Shown in pieces: positions 11,036-19,093 of a stretch of 32,000 bases of DNA. Position 1 is the stretch's first letter. Each line of letters begins with the position of its first letter. Source of the DNA: Vibrio cholerae ATCC 14035 (GTDB lineage Bacteria > Pseudomonadota > Gammaproteobacteria > Enterobacterales > Vibrionaceae); assembly GCF_000621645.1 (NCBI RefSeq), contig NZ_JHXR01000023.1:1-32000 (forward strand), given 5' to 3'. The notes under the pieces are model-generated. The model ran no database searches and was not told where the DNA came from. It saw nothing but the letters and a program-made list of their open reading frames with translations. The translations under genes were made by a program, and so were the position numbers.

Positions 11036-11105
11036 GCCGCGCAACGCGGCGATTCCCTCAGCAGGGAATGTGCGGTGGGTTTCCCCCGACCTACCGCACT
11101 TTTTC
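11036..11105 (+). terminator. Cluster of three stem-loops after ulaE; the last is a rho-independent terminator
   Basis: The three stem-loops are GCCGCG-CAA-CGCGGC (11036..11050), ATTCCCT-CAGC-AGGGAAT (11052..11069) and GTGCGGTGGG-TTTCCCCCGA-CCTACCGCAC (11070..11099). The last is followed by TTTTT. Confidence 0.75.
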
Positions 11106-11184
11106 AAGCTCGCCTTCAGGGTTGACTTCATATCCACCTTGGCGCACAGTGGCGGCTGTTTGTTTGAAATTCCAACCGGTTAGC

Positions 11185-11616
11185 ATGAAATTACTCCACC
11201 TTCAGCTGTTTTGGTACGAGAAGCACCACACCCTACTTGAATTAGAGGCCCTGCCACAACTGAGCCCAGCACAACAGCAAGAACTTGAAGAGTGGATCAA
11301 AACACGGCGCAAAATTCTCAGTTATGAAGTGCATCAACACGCGTGGATTAAGGTCAACGCTGATGGTTTTTCATCACTGCTGACCTTTAAACCCAACGGC
11401 ACCTTGATTGAGAAAGACATGTTCAGCGACAAAGCGCTGCATGGTTTGTGGAAAGTGATGGATGGTTTTTTATTCGTCAAAGTGATCAGCGGCGAGTTTA
11501 TTGTCGAATACCAAATTGTCGGCCACCAACCTCACCCTGTGCACTGCGGCATTGAATACATCAATGGCCGCGTGAGTAGCTACAGCAAGTTTGCCCAATT
11601 GGCGTCGAAAGAATAG
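11185..11616 (+). CDS. Hypothetical protein (143 aa)
   Basis: This is the first ATG downstream of the ula terminator within ORF 10987..11616. I recognise no family. There is no clear SD, and the upstream part of the ORF overlaps the ulaE 3' end and the terminator. Confidence 0.45.
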   Translation: MKLLHLQLFWYEKHHTLLELEALPQLSPAQQQELEEWIKTRRKILSYEVHQHAWIKVNADGFSSLLTFKPNGTLIEKDMFSDKALHGLWKVMDGFLFVKVISGEFIVEYQIVGHQPHPVHCGIEYINGRVSSYSKFAQLASKE

Positions 11617-11618
11617 GG

Positions 11619-12293
11619 TTAAGCGTCACCTAAGTAATACCCCATACCCCGCTTGGTTTGGATCAGCGGCTGGGCAAAAGGCATATCGATTTTCTTGCGT
11701 AAACGACGCATATAGACATCGACTACATTGGTCAGCGGATCTTGGTGAATGCCCCACACATTCGCCAAAATTCGCTCCCGGCTAAAAATATGCCCCGGTT
11801 TACGCAAAAAGAGCTCAAGTATTGAAATCTCTTTTGCCGTCAGCTCTATCGGTTGCTCGGCACGATACACGCGCATAGTGGATAGGCAGAGCTCTAAATC
11901 AGCAAAACGCAGCTTATTGCTGGTGTGGGTTTGAATATTACGCCGCTGCAGTGCCTCGATGCGTGCCAACAGCTCTTCAAAATGGAAAGGCTTGGCGAGG
12001 TAATCATCCGCACCAGTGCGCAATCCTTGGATGCGTTCCTCCACCTCGCCCAAAGCGGATAACATCAGGATTAAAACCTGATTACCCGTCGCACGGATTT
12101 GCTGGCATAGAGTTAACCCATCCACATGGGGCAACATGCGATCTAAGATCAGCAAGTCCGGCTCGCTGCTTTTCACGGTTTCTAATCCGTATTGACCATC
12201 TTTCAAACGGTGGATTTGGTGCCCTTCCGCTTTTAAGCCTCGCTCAATAAAACGGGCAATTCTTTCATCATCTTCAATCAATAAGATTCGCAT
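11619..12293 (-). CDS. OmpR/PhoB-family response regulator
   Basis: 224 aa. The receiver domain has MRILLIEDD, LILD (the phospho-Asp region) and ADDYL.KPF. The C-terminus is a winged-helix domain (LT.KE..ILE.. ....RG.GY). SD is GGAGAGGAG. The start overlaps the kinase gene by 20 nt. Confidence 0.9.
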   Translation of the reverse strand: MRILLIEDDERIARFIERGLKAEGHQIHRLKDGQYGLETVKSSEPDLLILDRMLPHVDGLTLCQQIRATGNQVLILMLSALGEVEERIQGLRTGADDYLAKPFHFEELLARIEALQRRNIQTHTSNKLRFADLELCLSTMRVYRAEQPIELTAKEISILELFLRKPGHIFSRERILANVWGIHQDPLTNVVDVYMRRLRKKIDMPFAQPLIQTKRGMGYYLGDA

Positions 12294-13884
12294 CTTGCTC
12301 CTCTCCTCGCGGAAAAGTTAACGTCACCGTCGTGCCTTGTTCCAGCACACTTTCGATGCGGATTTCACCATCCAGTTGTTTTACGATACTTTGCGCCAGC
12401 GTTAAGCCAATGCCTAGCCCATCAGGGCGATACCGCTTGCCATTTTCTGCACGAAAATAGCGTTCAAAAATCACACTCAGATCCGCTTCGGCAATCCCAA
12501 TGCCTTGATCTACCAATTGCACACGCCATGCCTCTTCATCCAACTCAAGATTCAATCCTATCGGTTGCTGCGTCGGATCATAGCGTAAAGCGTTATCCAC
12601 CAAGATACGGATCACCATCAGCAATTTATCGCAATCCGTATAGCAAAGCTGTGTTTGCCACTCACCCTGTGCTGGCGTATTCACCGTCAACTCAACTTGC
12701 TGCGCGTGAGTCAACAAACTGGCTTGCCGCACCACCGCTTGCCAAATTTCACCTAAGAGCAACTCGGTTAACGCAGGATGAAACAGGCGCTCATCGTGTC
12801 GGATCAACATCAATAAATCTTCAATCCGAAATGCCAGTTGCTCTGCCGACTCACTGATCCGCAGCAAGGTTTGCCGATACTCATCATCACTATTGTGCCG
12901 ACTGCGCAGAGTAATTTGCGCCTCACCTAAAATCGCAGTGGCAGGAGAGCGCAGTTCATGGCTGACATTAGCGAAGAACTCTTTTTGTTGATGTTTAGCT
13001 TTCTCCAACGTTTGTAAAGCTTGCGCCAGCTCTTGGGTTCGGTCTGCCACTTCTCGCTCAATTAATTGGCGTGACATCCGCTCTTTTTGCTGCGCTTGCT
13101 CAAGACTTTGCGCCATATAGTTAAAATGGCGCGCCAGCGTTTTAAGTTCATCAGGCCCGCTGATCGAAATGCGGTGATCCAATCGGCCCTGCTCTAGGGC
13201 GGTGGTACTTTTCACCAGCTCAGCCAGCGGCTTAGAAAGGGTACGCAATAACCAAACGCCAAGCAGAGCCCCCGACACCATGCCAAAAACCGCTAAGCTG
13301 GTGATGACCGATCTCACATTCGATAACGCATCCAACGCCGCTTCTTCATAACGCGAGGTACGCTGCTGCTGGAGGCTAATGGCTTGAGTCAACAACTGGC
13401 GTAAATCGGTATCATCGACCCGATCGAACGACTGGCTCAACAATAGCCAGCGTTCATCATCGTCAGTAATTTTGGCAATTTCCCATGAACGCAACGCCTT
13501 TTTTAAGCTGGCGAAGTTGGTTTCAAACAGGGAGATTACCTTGATCTGCTGGTTTATTTCTGAGAAATCTTGCACGGTTAAGCTGTGCTGCTGAGCTTGC
13601 TCCGTCAAAAGATTGAGCTTGTGTAGCAGCGCTTCAATTTTGGAAAAACGCATATCCCTTTTCAGGGTACTGCCATCTTTAATCAGAAGATACTCGGCGA
13701 GCCAGACTTTAAGTTGCTGTTTCTCGGTACTTAACTGCATAAAACCTTGCAGAATTTGGCTTGAGATTTGCCCACGCAGCAGATGCTGATTCGCAACTTG
13801 ATTTGACCAATAAGCCACCCCGACCTGCGCCAAAATCAAGGTCAATAGTAATGCGAGTACAAACGCAAGCCGATATCGAAACAT
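12274..13884 (-). CDS. Sensor histidine kinase (two TM helices, periplasmic helical domain, HAMP, HisKA, HATPase_c)
   Basis: H-box is FFANVSHELRSP, and the G-boxes are DQGIGI and GLGIGL. A HAMP-like segment follows the second TM helix. I chose the ATG at 13884 because GGGAA lies 6 nt upstream. An ATG at 13890 is also possible. Confidence 0.88.
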   Translation of the reverse strand: MFRYRLAFVLALLLTLILAQVGVAYWSNQVANQHLLRGQISSQILQGFMQLSTEKQQLKVWLAEYLLIKDGSTLKRDMRFSKIEALLHKLNLLTEQAQQHSLTVQDFSEINQQIKVISLFETNFASLKKALRSWEIAKITDDDERWLLLSQSFDRVDDTDLRQLLTQAISLQQQRTSRYEEAALDALSNVRSVITSLAVFGMVSGALLGVWLLRTLSKPLAELVKSTTALEQGRLDHRISISGPDELKTLARHFNYMAQSLEQAQQKERMSRQLIEREVADRTQELAQALQTLEKAKHQQKEFFANVSHELRSPATAILGEAQITLRSRHNSDDEYRQTLLRISESAEQLAFRIEDLLMLIRHDERLFHPALTELLLGEIWQAVVRQASLLTHAQQVELTVNTPAQGEWQTQLCYTDCDKLLMVIRILVDNALRYDPTQQPIGLNLELDEEAWRVQLVDQGIGIAEADLSVIFERYFRAENGKRYRPDGLGIGLTLAQSIVKQLDGEIRIESVLEQGTTVTLTFPRGEEQDANLID

Positions 13885-14063
13885 AGTCATTTCCCAAAAT
13901 TGTCTTCTTTCTATGAGTCTCAACTACTCGCAGTGGCAAATAGGCGACCAATGAGTCCATCTCCATCAGCATAGACACACTCGGTGTTTAAGATGAATCA
14001 GCGTCGCCAAGACCGCGTTAAGTAGCAAGGAGATATGCAGATTACGTGATCCTCTACCCAAGG

Positions 14064-14090
14064 GTAAATCTTGTTAATCTGAGGTTAATC
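14064..14090 (+). promoter_or_regulatory. Three phased direct repeats GT(A/T)AATCT, a candidate response-regulator binding site
   Basis: The repeats are GTAAATCT at 14064, GTTAATCT at 14073 and GTTAATCT at 14083 (spacing 9 and 10 bp). A TTTACA -35-like hexamer follows at 14102. The array lies about 80 bp upstream of the ATG at 14168. Confidence 0.45.
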
Positions 14091-14167
14091 TTTGCGCTCG
14101 GTTTACATTCATCGAAACCTCGTAGAGTAGCGCTGAACCTACTGCAAACATTTAAGGAAGGCAGATT

Positions 14168-14737
14168 ATGCAACGTATGACTCGTACTCTATCCGTTTCC
14201 GCCCTGATTCTGTGCGGCTTATTACCTTTCACGACTCAAGCTGCCGATCTTGTCGTGAATAACAACATCACTCATGAAGATGTGCTAAAAGCCCAACAAG
14301 CATGGGGCGAAGCGCTGATTAAAATCAGCGATACTTATCAAAAACAAGGCATCAAAGCGGCAACTGAGCTTGCGAACCAAGTGTTAGATCAAGCCTACGG
14401 CTACCAACAAGGCGCAGTATTGTTTAAACCGACCCTAGCCAGTGGCAAGCAAACCTTCCGCACCGATACAGAAGGTGCACTCTCTTACTTTGTTGGCAAC
14501 AATAAAAGCTACCCGCAAGATTCGGGCTTTGCCCTAAAAGGCTGGAAGGAATACCGTTTTGAAAATGCCGCGGTTTACATTGATGGCGATCTTGCACTCA
14601 CTACAGGCAATGTCTTCCTAGTGAATGATAAAGGGCAGGAAACCGTGGTAGACAAAAGCTGGGCTTTTAAGAAAGATGAGCAAGGCCAACTGCGCATTGT
14701 ACTGCACCACTCCTCGCTGCCTTATCAGGCGAAGTGA
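14168..14737 (+). CDS. Secreted hypothetical protein, probably NTF2-like/SnoaL-like fold
   Basis: SD is AAGGAAGG. Signal peptide is MQRMTRTLSVSALILCGLLPFTTQA. The mature protein is about 165 aa with an alpha+beta pattern (AQQAWGEAL...LFKPTLA...V.HHSSLPY) that I associate with NTF2-like domains. The fold assignment is tentative. Confidence 0.7.
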   Translation: MQRMTRTLSVSALILCGLLPFTTQAADLVVNNNITHEDVLKAQQAWGEALIKISDTYQKQGIKAATELANQVLDQAYGYQQGAVLFKPTLASGKQTFRTDTEGALSYFVGNNKSYPQDSGFALKGWKEYRFENAAVYIDGDLALTTGNVFLVNDKGQETVVDKSWAFKKDEQGQLRIVLHHSSLPYQAK

Positions 14738-14775
14738 TGCCATTAGCACCGATATTGGTTTTGGGATAACAGAAT

Positions 14776-14800
14776 ATCCGAGCGCACTACGCGCTCGGAT
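14776..14800. terminator. Stem-loop between convergent genes
   Basis: ATCCGAGCG-CACTACG-CGCTCGGAT gives a 9-bp GC-rich stem. The flanking T tracts are weak on both strands. Confidence 0.5.
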
Positions 14801-14854
14801 TGATTGAGATGAGTTATAAACTTTGGGTTTTTCTCATCGTAAGAGAAAAAGCAA

Positions 14855-15151
14855 CTAGTTAATAGCAGGCAATGACTTCGCTTCCATGACGAGATAAGCA
14901 TCCCAAGATTGTTCATCACGAATACGTTTTACGAAGCCGCGGTTGGTCAACCAGCTTTCACTCGTCTCTGTAATAGCAGGCTTAGTCAGCTTAGTTTCAC
15001 GCGTCACTTTACAAGCTTCAAACGTTCCTGCTGCAACTACAACAGTTTCTTTACCCACATAGGTATCCGAGTAACTAAAATCCGAGTTAGGCCATGCCTT
15101 AGTAATCTCCGTCAAATCTGTTTGCTGGGTTACAGTGCGTAAGCCTTGCAC
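14855..15151 (-). CDS. Hypothetical protein or gene remnant with a GTG start
   Basis: The track start at 15151 is a GTG with no SD. The frame stays open upstream to 15208 without any ATG. The protein is beta-rich and I recognise no family. Confidence 0.3.
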   Translation of the reverse strand: MQGLRTVTQQTDLTEITKAWPNSDFSYSDTYVGKETVVVAAGTFEACKVTRETKLTKPAITETSESWLTNRGFVKRIRDEQSWDAYLVMEAKSLPAIN

Positions 15152-15231
15152 CGTTGAATCGCCGACGGTAAAGCTGGCCAGAGGTGAATTAAGCCAACGA
15201 CTCGCCTTTTATCGATATTTCGTCGTAACTA

Positions 15232-16425
15232 TTACAATAACTCAACCGACTGCTGGGCAATCACGAATTCTTCGTTGGTCGGGATCACCATGGCTACGGC
15301 GTTAAGCAGCTCAGATTTTGCGATGATGCCCGCTTTACCAAAACGCGCTGCTTCGTTGCCTTTTTCATCTTCCACGAAACCAAGCAGTTTTAGGTTGCCG
15401 AGAATTTCGCGGCGAATCGGCAGTGAGTTTTCACCAATACCACCGGTGAAGATGATCGCATCCAGATGATCTAGCGGGATAAGGTAAGAGCCGATGTATT
15501 TAGCGACACGGTAAGTAAACACTTCAAACGCCAGTTTCGCCCCTTCGTGACCGTTTTCCATCGCTTCCAAAATACCGCGAGCATCTGAAGTCAGGCCGGA
15601 TACCCCCAAGAAACCGGATTTCTTGTTCAGGGTTTCAAAGACTTTCTCTTGGCTCCAGCCTTTTTTCATCAAAAATTCGATGATGCCGGGATCTAAGTCG
15701 CCAGAACGTGTGCCCATCATCAGGCCCGCCAATGGGGTGAAGCCCATGGAAGTATCGACCGATTGACCGTTGCTGATCGCACAAACTGAAGCGCCGTTGC
15801 CCAAGTGAACCGAGATGAAGCTCGCTTGCTCAATCGGCTTGTTGAGCATTTTGGCCGCTTCACGGCTAACGTAGTAATGGCTGGTGCCGTGGAAACCGTA
15901 GCGGCGGATACCGTATTGTTTGTACAGTTCATGAGAGATAGCACCAGTGAATGCCTTTTTCGGCATGGTTTGGTGGAAGGCGGTATCGAACACAGCAAAC
16001 TGTGGCAAGCTTGGAAAAGCGGCCATAGCAGCTTGGATACCTATTGCACCGGCTGGGTTGTGGAGCGGAGCAAGATCGGACAAGCTTTCGATTTCTGCCA
16101 GTACTTCTTCATCAATACGAACGGTCGAGGTGAATTTCTCACCGCCGTGCACAATACGGTGTCCTACCGCTACTAAGTCTTGAGCGAAGCCCAAGCTTTC
16201 CATTAAGCCCACAATGCGGTTGATCGCATGTTGGTGATGATGATCGGCGGCGGTAATCGCCTCTTCCGTTTTCTCACCCTGATATTTCCAACTGATCACA
16301 GCTTCAGGCATGCCGAAGCATTCGCCAAGGCCTGAGATCAGCGCTTCCCCCGTTTGGGAATCAATCACTGCAAATTTCAATGATGAGCTACCAGAGTTTA
16401 TGACCAACACATACGAGTTCGACAT
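15232..16425 (-). CDS. ackA: Acetate kinase
   Basis: 397 aa with the family motifs VLVINSGSSSLKF, VGHRIVHGG, AFHQTMP, RRYGFHGTSH and TGGIGENS. No pta gene lies next to it. Confidence 0.95.
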   Translation of the reverse strand: MSNSYVLVINSGSSSLKFAVIDSQTGEALISGLGECFGMPEAVISWKYQGEKTEEAITAADHHHQHAINRIVGLMESLGFAQDLVAVGHRIVHGGEKFTSTVRIDEEVLAEIESLSDLAPLHNPAGAIGIQAAMAAFPSLPQFAVFDTAFHQTMPKKAFTGAISHELYKQYGIRRYGFHGTSHYYVSREAAKMLNKPIEQASFISVHLGNGASVCAISNGQSVDTSMGFTPLAGLMMGTRSGDLDPGIIEFLMKKGWSQEKVFETLNKKSGFLGVSGLTSDARGILEAMENGHEGAKLAFEVFTYRVAKYIGSYLIPLDHLDAIIFTGGIGENSLPIRREILGNLKLLGFVEDEKGNEAARFGKAGIIAKSELLNAVAMVIPTNEEFVIAQQSVELL

Positions 16426-16611
16426 GGGGGCTGTATCCTGTTTCAGACGTTAAGGGGAAGCGTTTTCGCTTCGTCATTATAGAGATAGCATTATTCAATA
16501 ATTTTTGAATCTTTCAACTTTGTTTTAGTTTTTTGTGCGATAGAAACGTTTTTTTGTTGATCTTAAGCAAGAAGAGATTTCTTTTTAGCCGAGAAATATT
16601 TCAATTTTTCA

Positions 16612-16649
16612 TCAAAGAAAACAGCGCTCGCCGAAGATGACGAACGCTG
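16612..16649 (-). terminator. Rho-independent terminator after the DUF2218 gene
   Basis: The minus strand reads CAGCGTTCG-TCATCTTCGG-CGAGCGCTG followed by TTTTCTTTG. The stem is 9 bp, including one G.U pair. Confidence 0.75.
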
Positions 16650-16694
16650 ATGCAGTATAGGATGAATGCCGAGGGGCAAGATGATGCAGGGCCA

Positions 16695-17015
16695 CTATGC
16701 AAGCGATGTCGCTTGCCATTCCAGTGCAATGGATTCTCGGCGTGAAAACATATCGATATGCGAATCGATCACCGCGCGTTGTGCGGCCACATTTTGCTCG
16801 CTGTCCCCCTGACAAACAAACGTCAGCGTTTGGTTTTTCTCACACACGGTTAAGGTGGTCACTCCCACAGGAAACTCGATTTGCCCTTGTGTTTCATCCC
16901 AAGTCGCAGGGACTTTGCGGGCAAAATGGCGACATAAGGTGACTAAATATTTGACCACATGCTCAGAGTGCAACGTGGCTTGGGATTGGTACAACGCTTG
17001 AAATTGAGACGACAT
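16695..17015 (-). CDS. DUF2218-family small protein, iron-uptake associated
   Basis: 106 aa. The assignment to the DUF2218 family is from memory. It lies immediately downstream of the TonB-dependent receptor gene on the same strand. Confidence 0.65.
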   Translation of the reverse strand: MSSQFQALYQSQATLHSEHVVKYLVTLCRHFARKVPATWDETQGQIEFPVGVTTLTVCEKNQTLTFVCQGDSEQNVAAQRAVIDSHIDMFSRRESIALEWQATSLA

Positions 17016-17032
17016 AACAAAATCTCCAGTGC

Positions 17033-17054
17033 AAAAGCCCGCACAAAGCGGGCT
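17033..17054 (-). terminator. Stem-loop/terminator between vctA and the DUF2218 gene
   Basis: The minus strand reads AGCCCGC-TTTGT-GCGGGCT followed by TTTG. The stem is 7 bp and the T-run is short. Confidence 0.5.
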
Positions 17055-17072
17055 TAAATAGAGTAAGAATGA

Positions 17073-19052
17073 TTAGAATTGGTAAGCGGCGGATAACTTA
17101 TAGCTGCGTCCCGGCTCGTAATCATCGGCTACAAAGCTTTTCGCTAAACCAACACGTGAGGCATGAGACACATAAAGCTCATCAAACACGTTATCCACGC
17201 CGAACGTCAGCACTAGGTTCGGGACGGAATATGGCGTCCACTGAGCATACAGGTTATGCACGTCATAGCCTTCTTTCTTGGCGGCGCCAGCCACTACGTT
17301 GTCTTCATCCAGAACCACTATTGAAGTCCAGCCAAACAGGGTATCAATCGAATCCGCTTGATAACCTAAGCTGAGCGCGATGCTGTCACCCATATCGGCG
17401 CTGTTACCAACGGAATTGAGCATTGGGCCACCATTTGTAACATCATTCGCATCCGAGTGCGCGTAAGAGAGCTTGGCGCTCGCGGCTTGGTAAGCGTAAG
17501 TTGTGCTCAGTTCAAAACCTTTGATTTCCATATCCCCTACGTTACTGATCAGGTAACTGTTACTAGTACGAATATGGTCATCAATCTGGGTTTTAAACAG
17601 GGTGAAGTTGGCACCCACAAAGTGATCGCCATAAGTTTTATCAAAGCGCACACCACCTTGAGTGTTTAAGCCCGTTTCAGGTTTGATGTTATCCGCTAAG
17701 CGAGCTTGATCTTGGTAACGAACAAAGGTCTCCAGCAGCTCTGGGCCTTTGAATAGCGAGCGGGCGTTGGCAAACAGCGTCCAATCACTGGTCACATCCC
17801 ATTCCGTACCCAGTGACCAAGTCACCTCATCAAAATCTTTCGTGCCTGTCATAGCTTTACGTTTGAAATCATCAAAACGCAGACCGGCGGTCAATGACCA
17901 AACGTCATTTACATACAGTTTGTTCTCCGCAAACACAGCGGTAGAAACTGCAGATTCTTCCATAAATGGGGTGCTGCCATAGGTCGCTTTGCTGGTTTGA
18001 TCGACATAATCCATACCATAGCTTACTTGGTTACGGTGCGCGGCCAGTTCATAGTCAGATTGGAAGAGCGCGTTAATGCCAACATTGCGGTTTGTCGCCG
18101 TATTGCGTGAAAGGCGGTTGCCCGGCCAAACACCCGCCATCACACTTTCATCACGATCAATTTCGGTTTGGCTACTGTAGAGGGTGACTTTACCGCGATG
18201 CTTATCTTGCTTGAGTTCATAAGAGCCAGTGATGGTATCGCGGTCATAATGCGTCGGAACCAAACGGTTTTTGCTCAAACCTAGGTTGGCACTTCCTGCC
18301 ATATCAGGGCGTGGGCTATAGTCCCCTTGATCACGATAGACATCATAGGAAACTTGGAATCGATGACCAACAGCCGGTTCAAAGCCGACTTTTGCAAGAA
18401 CGTTATAGGTATCCCCTTTCACGCCAAAAGTTTCTTTACCGGCACCATCTTCAAAGTTATCGCGTGAGATACCTTGACCATAAACCATGGCGTCAACCGT
18501 TTCGCTCAATTGACCGTAAACCGTGAGTGAACCTTGCTGGTTATCGTTTGAGGCATAACCGCCGAAGATACGGGCACCAAACTGCTCACCACCCACCAGC
18601 AGATCTTTCGCATTCTTGGTTTCAAAATAAACCGAACCACCGAGGCCACTTTGGGTCACTGAGTTGTTACCCACCTGCACATCGGCTGATTTCAAAATGT
18701 CTGGGTTAAGCGTTAAGTTACCAATGTGATGGAACATATTGGCGTGCTGTGAAGCGCCATCCAAACGAATATCCAGGTTGGTTTCACCCAATCCGCGAAT
18801 GTTAATTCGTTGGTTAACCGAGTGCGTTCCGCCTACATCAACCCCGGGAATATCACGCAGCAAATCCGACATGTGATCGGCTTGTTTGAGTGATAGATCG
18901 TCCGTGGTGAGAGATTCCGAGCTGCTCGATACTTTCGTACCCCAGATCACCACATTTTCCTGCTCCGGTGTCGCTTTCTGCTCAGCAACCGCGTTGGCCG
19001 ACATCGCGGCAGTGATCGCAAGCCATAACGCAGACTTCTTGCAAATATCCAT
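17073..19052 (-). CDS. vctA: TonB-dependent catechol siderophore (enterobactin) outer-membrane receptor
   Basis: 659 aa. Signal peptide is MDICKKSALWLAITAAMSANAVA and the TonB box is ENVVIWG. A plug plus 22-strand barrel pattern ends in ...SAAYQF. It sits next to the vctPDGC-type ABC genes, and a Fur box lies upstream. Confidence 0.85.
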   Translation of the reverse strand: MDICKKSALWLAITAAMSANAVAEQKATPEQENVVIWGTKVSSSSESLTTDDLSLKQADHMSDLLRDIPGVDVGGTHSVNQRINIRGLGETNLDIRLDGASQHANMFHHIGNLTLNPDILKSADVQVGNNSVTQSGLGGSVYFETKNAKDLLVGGEQFGARIFGGYASNDNQQGSLTVYGQLSETVDAMVYGQGISRDNFEDGAGKETFGVKGDTYNVLAKVGFEPAVGHRFQVSYDVYRDQGDYSPRPDMAGSANLGLSKNRLVPTHYDRDTITGSYELKQDKHRGKVTLYSSQTEIDRDESVMAGVWPGNRLSRNTATNRNVGINALFQSDYELAAHRNQVSYGMDYVDQTSKATYGSTPFMEESAVSTAVFAENKLYVNDVWSLTAGLRFDDFKRKAMTGTKDFDEVTWSLGTEWDVTSDWTLFANARSLFKGPELLETFVRYQDQARLADNIKPETGLNTQGGVRFDKTYGDHFVGANFTLFKTQIDDHIRTSNSYLISNVGDMEIKGFELSTTYAYQAASAKLSYAHSDANDVTNGGPMLNSVGNSADMGDSIALSLGYQADSIDTLFGWTSIVVLDEDNVVAGAAKKEGYDVHNLYAQWTPYSVPNLVLTFGVDNVFDELYVSHASRVGLAKSFVADDYEPGRSYKLSAAYQF

Positions 19053-19074
19053 ACTGACTCAATTCCTCAAAAAT

Positions 19075-19093
19075 ACAAATGATAACGATTCGC
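19075..19093. promoter_or_regulatory. Fur box shared by the divergent vctA and AraC-type regulator promoters
   Basis: ACAAATGATAACGATTCGC matches 12 of 19 positions of GATAATGATAATCATTATC, and the central AATGATAA is perfect. It lies 22 nt from the vctA ATG side and 46 nt upstream of the regulator ATG. Confidence 0.65.

Noticed and set aside
10987-11184. N-terminal extension of ORF 10987..11616, overlapping the end of ulaE
   Set aside because: This part runs through the ulaE 3' end and the three stem-loops and terminator. Translation from there is implausible, so I trimmed the gene to the ATG at 11185.
16612-16942. ORFs 16612..16815 (minus strand) and 16697..16942 (plus strand)
   Set aside because: They overlap the DUF2218 gene and its terminator hairpin. 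They are Arg/Cys-rich, and the frame that fits the neighbourhood is 16695..17015.
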